Origin: Callorhinchus milii
Taxonomy: Eukaryota
NCBI RefSeq assembly: GCF_018977255.1
Contig: NW_024704742.1
Coordinates: 25,360,001 to 25,420,000 of the forward strand
Length of the DNA stretch: 60,000 bases
Direction: 5' to 3'
The notes below the pieces were generated by a model. That model did no database searches. It saw only the letters and a list, made by a program, of their open reading frames with translations, and had not been told where the DNA came from. Positions 25,265 to 38,705 of this stretch are shown piece by piece; the stretch's first letter is position 1, and each line of letters begins with the position of its first letter. Made by a program: the position numbers and the translations under genes.

Positions 25265-26339
25265 GAATCAATGCTAAAATTCCTACAGATTGTCTTTATT
25301 GTATCACCGGAGTGATTCAATCTATTGTTAGGAGAAGACCAATATTAATCTTTTCTGTCTATCACTGACCCAATGCAAGATTCCTTGGTTTACTCCTCAG
25401 TTCATAATCCACATTGGGGTCTGATTTGCAGTGTTTCTTAAATTAATTCTTCATTAAGGAATCCATGCCATGTAATTGAGGGCTTCCCAAATTCAAACAA
25501 ATTGGTTACAATTCTCATTGTTCTTTGCAGGACTTTGCTGAAATATTTACAAGAAAACTACAGAATCAATTCTAAAATTCCTACAAATAATCTTAATCAT
25601 AACGCTACTAAGGCTTATAAGGGGTAAAATTCCATGTGGGTCTGGATTTATTCTATTAACTCAATATTTCAGACCGTACAGAATTTGTCAGAATCTTAAA
25701 ATCTTTTAATAACTGCACATGTGAGAACAACCTCATGTGAGTTGAGCCCAAGGAAACTGATGAGTCGTTGATTAGCTGGAGTTTTCAGTTTAGGGGGAAA
25801 TTGGATCAGGGACCTCTTGATTTCGACAAGGACCATGTGGTTTTTGTTTGTCACTACCCGGGTGACATGAATTTTGCTGCCATCTGGTTGCAAGTGCCCA
25901 GCTTCTGTCTTGCACTTTGGCTTCCGTGCTTGGTAATGATCCAAGGCTACAATTGTACCTAGTCTTTGTTCTCGTCTCAAAATTAAAAATTTCTCAGAAC
26001 TGTGGGAGCTCTTTAATTCAATCTTAATTTAAAATTTGTTTTTTCAAAGGTTTTAATGCTAACTGGCTTTCAAATTAAGACTGAATTTGAGATTCTGTGC
26101 TGTCTTAAACTGTAAGATAAAATGGTCTTATATGCTAAGGCAAAGTGACATTTTGAGCTTTCTGCAAGAGCTCCCTGTGTGGTCGTGACTCTCAGAGATA
26201 GATCTACATCCAAGCACTGCTGAGTAGCAAATAAATCACCAACCCCCTGTAGCACCAAATTACTCTTACTGTAATGTTCAACATGAGGAACAATTGTTCA
26301 CCATCAAAACCTACTGGCAGAGGAAAAGAAAAACAAACT

Positions 26340-26750
26340 TGTATTTTTTTTAGAAGGAGCACGCATTTTTATAGCACCGATAACAATGAAACATCTCAAT
26401 TTGCTTTACAATAATTACTGTCACATCCAGTAACATAGAGAAAATGCAGTAGCTATTTTGTACACAGTAAAGTTCCACAAACATCCACAAGGTGATGGAT
26501 CAATTAATGTGGAGGATCAGCAAGACCCCAAGAGAAAATTTATTTTTCTTTTTGAATAGTGCAAGAGATCTTTAATTTCTGATCAGGTAGACAGGACATC
26601 GGTTTAACATCTCATCCAAATGACAATGCAATGCTCTCCTGAAACGGCACTGGAGTATTTGCCTAGATTATGATCTTAAAATCTGATATATGGCTTGAAT
26701 CCACAATCTTCTGATCCAGAGGAGAGACTGCTGCTAACTGAGCCAGGCTG
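26340..26750 (-). mobile_element. Deu-domain SINE
   Basis: Reverse-complement core (ggtttaacatctcatccaaatgaca) and head (gaatccacaatcttctgatccagaggagagactgctgctaactgagcca). Confidence 0.7.
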
Positions 26751-29299
26751 AGAAATGAAACCGTCTGATTGAAAGCAAAAACTGCTTCTCTCTGCAATTA
26801 ATATAAACAGTTTATTGTTGGTGTCTTTTGTTGTTTGTAAGAACAACTGCTTCAACTAGCAATCAAGCCACTTTCATATTTTGTTCCGTAAAGTATGAGA
26901 AAAAAATTATATTTGATCTTTTATTACCATGAGATTGATCCATTGTGCACCAATTACAAAGAACAGTGTTGTGTGTTGTTAATGGCATGTCATGTCATAA
27001 ACGTGTAATGAATAGCCACCAGCATATGATGGATCTCTGTGTTGTGATTTGTTCATAAGTAAATTTAAATTCTTCAGTGAATTGCCATCATGACCGAAGA
27101 CCTCGCTCCAGTTCCGTGACTTCTCTGTGCTGTCGGCACACAGCACAAACAAAGAAAAACACCTCTAAGTTATCGGCAAGAAGATCGCAACTATTTACTG
27201 CAGTGCTATGGAGACTTGGCTCGCTTTTGCTATGCCGCTGTTGACCTGTTAAACCGACATATAATTCAAGAGCTTTTCCATCAACCTATTTCCACAGTGT
27301 CCAACAACAGCTTTACACTTACCAACTCTCTTTTCAAATTTGACAGGAAATAAATCAAGCTTACTGACACCTTAACTGAAATTGTTATTGAAAATTGTTT
27401 GACTCTTCTGTGTACAGAATACAGAATGCACACTTTTGCTGTTAGTTACATCTATTTGTACCTGGTCTTTCCTTTTCCTTACCATGCACCCTCTTGAGTT
27501 TTTTTACGCTTATTCTATTTTTGCCCTTTTCAGCTGCAAGCTCTATAAATGGAATCTTGTTGTTGTTGTTGTTGTAAATGAATTTTCATGTGTTTACCGG
27601 TAATGCAGGCCAGAATGAAAACTCCCACCAGACTCCTAGTGCATTCCCCAACTCTGCGCTGAACAGCCCATATTATGCCCACAGCTTCCTGCCTCACCAT
27701 TAGTAAATTCGTTAAGTTTAGCGGAGTTTACATTTGAGCCTATGGAAACTTTTGGCCTGCAGATATATTTTTTAAAAATTTGAGGCCCGGTCAACAAACC
27801 GATGAATCCTCATTTATAGGCTGCCCTTACGTAAAGGCTACTATGGTCCAGTCCCCTGAGTGGCTGCTGAAAACAGGTTTGACTGAGGTGGAATTTAGGA
27901 TGACTGACTTGGCACACCTGGCATCCAACCAAAAAAGACTCAATTTTCAAAAATTTGGAAAATTTCTGCGCAATCTTGAATTTCACGACAATAGTCTTAA
28001 GACCACAACCATGAGAAAAAAGCTTTTGATAAGGTGCCACATTGCTCTTGAAGGAGCTGGTACGACATGATGGGCTGAATGGCGTTCTTTTTCTATAAAT
28101 TCCTATGGTTCTATATAAAAGAAACACTGACTGTGTTTTCAATCTCTTGCGTAGAGTAACATTCAGTATCGCTCATACATCATTTATTCCTAGTGGCTCA
28201 AAGATGATTGAAGGGCAAATATGCTTCAGACATGCAGGCTGTTTGTTATTGGGAAAAATGAAGAACATTGTCTTTGACTGTTTTCAGTAAGAACATTTTA
28301 TATTTCACAACCAGAAATACATTTGAAGTAAGACCACAAAATCTGGAAGCAATAAAGTAGCAGAGATGCAAATAATAAATCAACCTCGGGTACTCGACAG
28401 CCTCTAAAATAGGTCAAGGTTGGAAGTCAAGAACTTTGTCCAATCAACCTTACAATCTGTACAAGCCTTGAGTGCGAGTAGACAGTCTGATCTTGAAACT
28501 GTTGGAGGATCAAGTCTTCTTCAAGGGATTGCTACTTGAGCTGAAAGAGAATGAAGAGCAACATGATTAAAATTGGGGGAGAGAGGGTATTCAAACTCCT
28601 GCTTTTATTACAACTGCTTTTTTTAGTCAGCATTCTCTCTCAATGCCTAGCAACCACTGACATGGCTGCATAAATTCAACATCATTTGGCTCTTTCACTA
28701 ATCCATATTACACTGCGTAATTACAAGATGAAACAGTTGTTTTTGTCATATTAATCCGCTTATGTCTGGAATAGTTGTCTGTCTATATATTTTTGATATG
28801 ACAAGGCTGCTTGTAACGTACAATCAACATCTTTTCAACAATGATATGTACAAAAAAAAAATAATTGGGCAGTACTTTTTTTGTGTGAATGTCTTGTTCA
28901 TCAACTGATGGATTTTTATTGCTGAGAAATGCAACACTGTGTAATCTGGGATATCCAGTGTCAGAACACGCCAGCAAAGTCAGCAAGCACATTAGGGGCA
29001 AAGCAGTATAGTCAGATGCAGCACAAAATTGTCTATATATAATATATAAAAATATATATAAAAATGTGGTATTAACAGAATGGCACAAGTCATTATGATG
29101 TAAATGATTGTCATAGTTGATACTCATGAAAAGTAAACAAAGGCTGTACATAAGTAGTGTGAGAAAAATAGCAATTAGTAACTAAATTGAAGAGTACAGG
29201 AATAACAGCCTCAAGAAATAAAGTAGGAGTGATAATAACCATGAAAGAGAAAGTATGGAGAGAGCTGGCTTTCTTCATTGTCTGAGTAGATAAACGAAT

Positions 29300-29890
29300 A
29301 GGAAAGCTACAGGTTTGAATACTGGTCAGTGGTGAGTGAGCTTATATTTCCCTTGGCTACAATTAGTCTCACCTCTGTTGAGTTAGGGAAGAGAAAGTCA
29401 GCCAGAGTGTTAGGTTTTTCCTGGTCTCGGGGATAGATTCAAATAGAAAAGTATCCAGGACATTGGTATCTCCAGATAGATCCTCCTCCCCCATCAAAAG
29501 ATCTTGGTGTAGCTGGAAACCCATCTCAGAGCACCTGGAAACAAACTCCCCTGAAAATTTGTTTCCAAATTATATAGTGCAAGTGGTGGCATACATACCC
29601 TCTATTCCCTTCTCCTGTATATATGTATTAGATCCCCTCTTAAATACATTGACACACCTCGTTTCAACCACAGTCTCCAGCAACGAGTTTCACATTCTCA
29701 CTTCCCTCTGTGTATAAAAGTTCTGAGGACAGGGTTTGGCTGGGCTGTTATACTCCTGTAGTCGAATGGCTAACACTCACTGAAGAGTCACATGTGAGTA
29801 ATGTCCATTTGAGTGTCAGTCGGTGGTCACAACTGACAAAAGGGGAACCATACCTTGCAGAAGGAAAAAGGAACCAAATGCCTTCAGGAG
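29300..29890 (+). mobile_element. Ancient SINE-like repeat (possibly Nin-domain), interrupted by a minus-strand CR1 fragment at about 29590-29720
   Basis: ggtttgaatactggtc..ctacaattagtctca..tagggaagagaaagtcagccag and gaggacagggtttggctgggctg..gtcgaat..cactcactg resemble an old shark SINE consensus. Recognised from memory only. Confidence 0.4.
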
Positions 29891-30529
29891 GAGAGGAGGG
29901 AAAGCAGTAAAGTTGGCAGAAAAATCAAAAAGGAGAGAGAATGACACACTCACTACTTTTTTTCATTTGGCCAGTGAACTGACGCACATCAGTAACTCAA
30001 ACATTCTAAACCTTTGCAGCTAAGGCGAATGATTTTGTCTTTTCTGCGTGAACTGTGTAACTGCTGCATTGGTACTGGGAATAGCAATTTATCACAGCTG
30101 TTCCTGGACTAAAACTTCAGTATATACAATTTGCCTTGCTTTTACTGTTGGAAGTGCAGAGAGAGTGTCCAGGAGGAGAGCAATGCAGAGCCAGATTTAT
30201 AATTCACGGTCCTCACCAGCTGGGAATGAGCAGATGTGAAATGAGTTAACCACATGTGCTTAACTCTGGCATCATGTGTTAAGTTTTTTTGTGATATTAA
30301 AGAGATGGTAATCTAACCAGCTCTTTGATAACATTAAAAAACAATTATTAATGTATTGTATCTTGGACATCCATTAAACTGCCTGAGAAGGTTTAAGACA
30401 TGATTTAAGAGCAGGAATGGAATTGATTCCCGCCCACTGCCTTTATACTGCAGCAGTGACAAGTGTGCACGTCTATAACCATTTGCTTATGGTGTTTCTG
30501 GCAGTCAGGCTGCAGAGCAATTGCCTTCT

Positions 30530-31782
30530 ACATTGCGCCTGACCGTGTGTGACCAAGGCTCCCTCTGCCTCCTTGTCCTCCTCGACTTCTACGCCGCCTT
30601 TGACACCATGGACCACTCAATCCTCCTCCACCGCCTCTCCTCCCATCTCAACCTTCAAGGTTCTGTCCTTGACTGGTTCAGGTCCTAACTTTCACTTCGT
30701 CTCTGCAAATGGCTTCTCCTCCAGCCCCCGCACTGTCTCATGCAGTGGTCTTCAGGGCGCTGTCCTCGGACCCCTCCTCTTCACCCTCTACATGCTCCCC
30801 CTTGGTGACATCATCCGCAGACATGGGGTAAATTTCCACATGTACGTGGATGGCACCCAACTCTATCTCTCTGCCTCCATCTGTCCGACATCAAGTCTTG
30901 GATGAGGGACAACCTTCTCCAACTGAACGTCAGCAAGAGCGAGGCTCTCCTGATTGGCTCGCGCCAGCGCTTCCGCACTTCGGGTGCTGGCAGCATTAGC
31001 CTCCATGGCTGCACTCTCAACCTCACTAAGCCAGTCAGGAATCTCGATGTCTTGTTTGACCCTGAACTGTCCTTTCTCCCCCTCATCCGCGCCATGACCG
31101 GCACTGCCTACCACCACCTCCGCAACATTGCCAGACTCTGCCATTGCCTCACCCCTCAGGCTGCCGAAACCCTTATCCATTCATTTATCACATCAAGATT
31201 CGATTACGGAAACTCCCTCCTCATCAGCCTTCCCAAGTCTTCCTTTCACAAGCTGCAGATCATTCAAAACTCTGCAGCTCATATAGTCTCGCGCACCAGG
31301 CTCTGTGACCCCCATCACTTCCACTCTTGCCCGACTCCACTGGCTCCCCATCCCTCAGACGATTGAATTCAAGATCCTCTTCCTCACTTAAGCCTCATCC
31401 ATGGCCTTGCCCCCTCCTACTTCTCTGACCTGCTGACTCCCTACCAACCTGCCCACTCCCTCCATTCAGTAGGCTCCGGCCTGCTCCATGTCTCCCGCCT
31501 GACCCACCCTACCATCGGTGGCCGGGCTTTCAGCCTCTCTGCCCCACACTCTGGAACTCCATCCCACAGTCCCTTCGCCTCGCTTCCTCCCTTGCCTCCT
31601 TCAAGGCTGGACTCAAGACCCTCTTCTTCAATTGTGCCGTCAGTCACCCTCCCACTTCTCTGCCTTCCCTCACTCCTACCCCAGCCCTCCCCCATGCTTG
31701 GGTCCTGACCCCTGACTGTCCAACGCCTTAGGACGTCCTCCCGACATGAAAGGCGCTCTATAAATGTAATTTTGTTGTTGTT
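30530..31782 (+). mobile_element. 5'-truncated L2 LINE (about 1.25 kb, RT domain to 3' tail)
   Basis: [82 protein letters not shown]; ends tgaaaggcgctctataaatgtaattttgttgttgttg. Contains frameshifts. Confidence 0.95.
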
Positions 31783-32819
31783 GCCTCTCAATCCCACTGC
31801 CAAACTGGCACCCATTCATAAAGTATTTGCTCCATCTATCTAATCGATTTTGTAACACCTTCCTCCAACAAAAATAGCCTGATAAAACTCTACTTTACTC
31901 ACACAGGTACACTATACAGATTTTTGAAGTGTTCACTCACTCATTCTTTCCAGCCAGCTAACACAATCACTGGGCATTTCAGAAAATGAATCGAAAGGCT
32001 GGTTTAAACACCCTGAGACCTTACTCTCATGCGGAGCGTGATATAAATGGAAATTTATAGTTGCTATTTTTCTCACACTACTTATGTACAGCCTTTGGTG
32101 CTGTTGATTTTTCCAAGAGTTAAGCTACCATAAACATTAGATTTTTAAGAAAAGAAATCCAGTGCTTTTACGTCTCTGGGTTAGCCTATACACATAGTAA
32201 CCACACTTGATAGTAATTACCTATGAAGTTCTTTAAGGCATTCTGACAGGATAAGGTTTATATAAATGCAAGTTTGTTTCTTTCCTTTTCCCTCTCTCTA
32301 TCTTTTTCTCTATCTCTCTCTTGTTTTCTTTCTCTTCCTCTATCGCAGCTACCTGTATGCAAAGTTAAACCTTTTTTTAGGTTTAGCTTTGTACACAGCT
32401 AATCATAAGATTTAAGTCAAACAGGTGTTGCACAGCAGGGAGTTGAAATTGGCCCATCATGTTGCAAGATCACTGTGTCATGTTATGGTTCAAATTCTCC
32501 CTCTATTCGCTCCTGATCTCAGTCTGATGGCTGTAAGGAAACCCATCTGCCCACCTTAGGCACAGACAGTGAATGGTCACAGGATCCATGAGAAGCTAGG
32601 AGAATTTAATTCAATTCCACTCTGCGACAAAAATCATATAGATTTTACGAGCTTTTCTGTTCCACTATTTTGTTTTTTTCGTATTTTGTCTCCAAGCTGA
32701 CATGCTTGGCATCGGTATGTTGAAATCAAGTCAACCCTCTGTGGCAGTCTTGGTAGTGCAGTTCCTGAGCCAGACAGGTCCTCAGTACTTGAAGGCACTG
32801 CTTCCGACCAGCCAGTTGT

Positions 32820-33180
32820 CGATCGGCACAAATTGAAGGGGTAGACTTGGCTCTGCGCTGGGAGCCGGGATTCTTCGGCTCCTGTTAACCCTGCAAACTA
32901 ATCAGTAAGGTGCTCCTGGCCATACAAACAGCAGGAAACTTGCCAGACAATGCTCTCAATGGCAGGCTGTGTGGTTTTAGCTGGTTAAACTCCAGTAGTA
33001 TCCCAACTCTGGAGTCCCCAATCCTTGACTCTTATCAACTTGCACCTAATACGCTCCATAATTAGGTAAGCAGAATGCGTCCCTCCAAAGAGAGAGTGTG
33101 CATTCCATCCAGACATCGGGAAATTTCCATGTGTGGGTGGAATGCATATGTGGAACTCTCAGTCTGGTTTGGATACTGGT
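32820..33180 (+). repeat. Unclassified interspersed repeat (copy 2 of 4)
   Basis: gctcctgttaaccctgca..cttgccagaca..tagctggttaaactcca..ttccatgtg shared with 34400-34810. Confidence 0.75.
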
Positions 33181-34394
33181 CAAAACAAAATTGATATTGT
33201 GCTATGCGCAGCTTCCTGCACATGCATTACACACAAGAAGTGGCATCAATGTCACCCTGATAACCCAGAAATCAGCCATGTATTAGCATGGAAAGCTGGC
33301 CGGTCAGTGCTGTAAATTGAAAGTATTGGTATAGTGTAGGTCCACAGTAGACATTTAAGTGAATCCACACTCAGCAGGGGTGACTTCTAACAAGGTTGCT
33401 CTTTTGTACCAGAGTGGTGTTTCTGTGAGTCAGTGTGATGTACATCTGGTAACGGGAAGAAATCCACATTTGCTTCACTTGAATTCCTCATTAAGGAATC
33501 CAGTGAAACAAGTACTGCAAATTAGATACCCATAGCAACTCAGATGTAACAATCTAGGACTTAACAGCTGGTATTAACGGTAATGTTCAAGAATTTGATC
33601 ACAATGAGAAGAGAAGTGATATCACTTTATTTACACAAATGAATAGAGAAAGATTATAATGATATCCTCTGCTGCGGGCAATCTGTATCTCAAAAAAGCC
33701 AAAAGCTTTAACCTCTGTCCTTCGAGGATAGTAGGCAAGAAAGTATTGGTTGAATGATTCATTATCTGTATCTTGGAAATGCACTGACAGTAAAGTATAG
33801 AATTATATTGTAATGGATTCTGGATGCCGGCTGTAGGGAAACCTGCTTAGGAACTGACAAGGTGAAGACGGTTTAGAATGGAGAATGACCTTGGCATTGT
33901 ACTGGAAAGGGGGCAGAGCCTGTGTCACTGAGAGGGGGTGAACTCACTGGGGCCTCTGAAATCTCTCTCTCTCTGGGCCCCCAGGAATATCTCTCTCTCT
34001 CACACGCGCGCACACCCATATGCTCTTTCTCTGGGCCACATGAATCTCTCTCTCTCTGGGGTTCCAGGAAGGAGTCCCCAGCTCAGGAGGGGCAAAGAAC
34101 AGATGCCTGAGGCCTATATCACATGGTGGGCCAGATGGTTGCAGAGAGCAATATTGAGCACCGAGCAGGAAGTTTGCAAGGGCGGGTAGATATAAGAGGG
34201 TTTGAGAGGGTTGTAGGACTCCGACAATGAACACGGGTCGGTGCACCCTTTGGGATTGCTAGTGGTAGAGGGTGGTCTGTCTCTGGATCATTGAGGTTTT
34301 CCTCCTTGTGTTAATAAAACCTATCCTCCGGGGGTGAGGGGGGGGTGGTGGGGGGGGTGTGGAGGGGGTAAGTGGGGTCTCCTTGGAACTGAAC

Positions 34395-34810
34395 TGGCAG
34401 GTCCATAGAAGGACAGACCAGTCACTGGGGGCAGGGAGTTATTCCATTCAGCTCCTGTTAACCCTGCAAGCCAAAGCCCTAAGGTGGTCCTGGCTGGACA
34501 AGCAGTGGGAAAGCTTGCCAGACACCAATATCAATGGCAAGCTATGCAGTTGTAGCTGGTTAAACTCCAACAGTACTTCAACACACACTCCGGGGTCCCC
34601 AAGCCTTGGCTCTTGCCAACTTGTGCCTAATACTTTCCAGAATTAGATAAGCTGGATGTGACCCCCTAGGGAGAGAGTGCGCATTGCATTCCAAAAATCT
34701 ATCTCTGGGATTTCCATGTGTTGTTGGGATGCATGGAAATATCAGCTTGGTTGGATACTCTGAAGCATGGCGATTGGTTTCCGCGTGTGTCAGACACCCA
34801 GCTGACTGTC
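34395..34810 (+). repeat. Unclassified interspersed repeat (copy 3 of 4)
   Basis: Direct homologue of 32820-33180 and inverted homologue of 38380-38705. Confidence 0.75.
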
Positions 34811-35879
34811 TAAAAAAATGAATAAAACTATAATTCTTGAACCAAGCATGTGTGTGCGCGTCAATATCTATCTGGTTCAGGTGGTCGTTGGTTACAATAT
34901 TGTAAAATACAAACCCGAGAAGAATCTGCCCCCACCACTAATGATTCTGTACATTTTTCAATTCACTAATTCCTTAGCGAACATTTCACTGTGCCACCTT
35001 CACATTATCATTTAACGCCAATTAGCAAATGCTGATGAGCTTTTATAATTGCTTTTGCAAAGCTTACCTGAATGCCTATATCACAGCGGTAGTAATTTGT
35101 AGCATCCCTTACAGTTGACTTACATTAAATGGATTTTGTGCTGTGTCACTCAGAACACTACCCTGTATTATCCGTACTGAACTTCCTGCTGAGATCTAAA
35201 AGTGCTGCAGGGAGAACTGCGCATCATACAAACATTGTGTGATGATGCTGGTCAAGATGGGCATCAAAAATGGGTATTGGAAAGTTGCAACAAGGGTACT
35301 AAGAACTTAACTTCAAACAACCGGTTCTGAATGGAAGAACAGAAGATAAATAACAGCAGTCAACCCAAAGCACAAAGAGATAGATACATCCCTCCTTAGA
35401 GTAGTTTTGAGATACATCCCACCCCACCCCTGCCATAAAAGGAACAGCAGCTCAAGCACAATTGCAGAAATGCTGGCGGAAAAGTATTCTCAATGTTTTT
35501 TTATGTATATATATAATTATTGTATATACACACACGCAGGATGCTGTACATGTTCAATTCATGAATACTGTACCATATACTATTCTGCAGAAGCAAAAAT
35601 GTTGACACATCCGCCCCCAAGAGCCTTTTAAAATTGCTGAATATTTGCCCTTTAATATGCCTATTTGTTCTTCAGTGAAGTGTATGCTGTAGGTTGGTAT
35701 GATACATCTGTTTCCACTAGCTATATTTGTCTGTTAGAAAAATGTGAGGGTGTGACGAACATGCAAGCAAAATGTACAAAATTTTGCATGGCCTTTGAAA
35801 TCCAGTTTACTTCACGTGACATCAAGGGAACGGGCCTGGGTTAAACTCTCATATTGTTTTGATATTTTAAGCCCCCCAA

Positions 35880-36245
35880 AAATCTATCACTCTAACTAAC
35901 ACCCCAATCTCTCAGTTCCACTGACTCCTCATCCCCCAGAGGATCGAGTTCAAGATCCTTTTCTTCACTGTTAAAGCCATCTATGGTCTTACCCCACCCT
36001 ACCTCTGTGACCTGGTAAAACCTTACCAACCCACTTGCTCCCCCTCCTTGGCAGGCACTGACTGTTCCATAACCCCCACCCTGGCCACCCAGGTCAGGCC
36101 ATCAGCCTTTCTGATCCACCCTCTGGAACTCCATCACTGAGTCCCTTCATCTCCTCCTTCCTTTGCTTCTTCAAGGTCCATCTCAAGGTCTTCCTCTTTG
36201 TCCTCTTTGACCCTACCTTCAGTCATCTCCCCACTCCCAAACCCC
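35880..36245 (+). mobile_element. L2 LINE 3' fragment
   Basis: RIEFKIL..KAIYGL.P.YLCDL and ctctggaactccatc..ttcaaggtccatctcaag motifs. Confidence 0.8.
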
Positions 36246-36248
36246 TAT

Positions 36249-36595
36249 GGTTTCCTGTAGCTCAGTGGTTAGAACACTCGCCTCGCAAGTGAGAGACTTG
36301 GCTTCGATTCCTGACAGGGCTAAACTTTAAGCAAGTTTCCTTAATCCACATGCCTCTGTTTACCTAACGGTAAGTAGGAACCTGGGTGTTAGTTGATTGG
36401 CAGATCACTTTTCCAAGAGTAATAATTCCTTTTTTAAAAAAATTTGGTCACTTAATCCACGACTGTTTGTGGGACACTGCTGTACACAATTGGCTGCTGC
36501 ATTTCGCCCACAAAACATACAGTCAATTCACTTTACAGTATATTATGATGTGATAAGGCACTATACCAAAATCCAAGGATTATTATTATTATTAT
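36249..36595 (+). mobile_element. Full-length tRNA-derived SINE
   Basis: tagctcagtggttagaacactcgcctcgcaagtgagagacttggcttcgattcc head, central segment and (tta)n tail. Confidence 0.9.
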
Positions 36596-37429
36596 AGGAA
36601 TTCTTATGGAGGCAAGAGCACATTTGGCAAGGCATCCTGAGCAAAAAAGCTATGACAGTGATCACTAATTTGAGATACAGTATTGTGAACTGGATATGTT
36701 GTGTTGATTGCATCTTCCAGTTTCTAAATATCAAAAGCCATTTCATTTGGGAGACTGACTAAATGTACTCACTGTTATTTTCCCAGTCTCAAAATTGGCC
36801 ATTTCACCAGTTTATGATTTTCACAAATTAAAATAATAATATCCTTCCATTCAATATACCATCTTTCTTTCACATTAGGAGGACGTTTCAAAGTGCTTCT
36901 TGTGAAAAACTTATGAAGTGGAATAACTTTGCATTTTGTAGGTTAATGCGGCAACAAAATTGTGCTCAGCAATGTCCCACAAATAGCCATGAAGCGAATA
37001 GAGCAATAGATTGCAGAATAGCAGCAAGTGGAACCTTAAGACGTTTCTAATTATGCCAACAATAATGTTGAACACCAGATAGGATAAATCACGAAGTGAT
37101 ATTATGGAAGATCAGGAAATTGCACATGTGCTATTTTCAGATTTTAATTTTTTTTTACAAATGAAGATTGTGGGTAAATCCAGATCCAGTCACTTTGGCT
37201 CAAGAATAATTCACACAGCTAAATAACAACAACTTGCATTTATATAGTGCCCTTACACACAGGGTAGCACCTTGGAGCACTGAAGTAGCATCTTATGAAG
37301 AATCTTAAAGGATATCTACAAGGAAATTAAATTGATGGGCTGCACCCCAGGACCTTAAGGCTCTAGTTAATATTTTTCAGTGTTCTATAAATATTGGAGC
37401 TGTACCTACAGGTAGGAGGAGAATCTATC

Positions 37430-38110
37430 CTGTTATTGACAGAAGGAATGAGCCATCTGCCTGGAATTATTGACTGATTATAGCCTAATAATTGTAGTAG
37501 AAAAATGCTTGGTAACATTATACAGAATGGTATCGGTATCTGCTGAAGGAATAGTTCAGATGGATTTAGAAGCAATAGGTCATCATGCCTCACATATCAA
37601 TTAGAATTTTTTGAGGAAAAAGTAACCTTATCTAATTCAAATGCTTTACTTAGGTTTTATGAAGACATTTAAGGAGGTTACACATACAAAACGTTTAAAA
37701 AAAAGTTACAGCTAATGGAATTAATGGCAAATATACTCTTTAGATTGTAGATTGTCTTGGAAATGAAGCATACGATAACAATAATTCTTACACTTGATAC
37801 AATGCCTTTAAGATCAAGAGAATGTACCAAAGAGACTCACTGTGTATTTTGCAGGTGAGTGCCAACATTAATGATTAATGGGAAAAGCTCTGTTTGGTAA
37901 CAATGTCTAATGGGCTTCCACAAGGGACTGTTCTGAGTCTCCTGTTAAGACTTAAAGAACAATGCTTTTTATTATGTTATCAAAATTCATGGTGATACGA
38001 ATATGGGACAGATTTGCAGTATAGTTAAACGTAGCCTGAGGGTACAAAACAAAAATACAATGCTTTAAAATTTTGAACAAAACCAAGAGGTAAATGTGTG
38101 GAGCTTGAAA
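37430..38110 (+). mobile_element. Highly degenerate CR1 RT fragment
   Basis: Decayed motifs: SCLT..LEFFE, GI.G.IL..I, G.PQG.VL.., KF..DT. Confidence 0.55.
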
Positions 38111-38379
38111 ATGTGAGAGCTTTTTTTTTATAATTGAAAGGCCTCAAGATAAAATTAAGAATAGATTCCCCCCCACCCCACAGAGTGATGCAAAGGAGGC
38201 AGCCACAGAGGGTTGACTTTGATTCTCACATTCCATTGCCAAGCACGTCATCTTACAGCTAGCTCTCCTCCTTCCTCCATCCAGGAACTCCCAGTGTCCT
38301 TCCTGGTGAGCAGCACAGTTCTGCATGAAATGCTCAACAAAAACAATTGCTCTTCATATTAACTTCTTCCAAAAAATGT

Positions 38380-38705
38380 TTTGGGTCATCCAGATGTCTG
38401 ACACATGCATCCACCACCATGCTTAAGAGTGTCCAAATCTCACCGAGTTCCCCAAATGTATGACATCTGCACTTGGAAATTTCCCAGTGGCGGGAATGTA
38501 ATGCTCACTCTCTTCCTGGAGGTACACATGCTGCTTATTTAATTCCAGAGAATATTAGGTGCAGGTTGGCAAAAAAAACAATGTTCAAGGACCCCAGAGT
38601 GCGAGTTGGAGTACTCTTGGAGTTGAACCAACAAAACCCACATAGCTTGCGATTGAGACTGCCTGGAAATCTTCCTGCTGTTTGTCCAGCTAGGACCAAC
38701 CTATG
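38380..38705 (-). repeat. Unclassified interspersed repeat (copy 4 of 4)
   Basis: Reverse complement aligns with 34480-34810 and 32910-33180. Confidence 0.75.
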
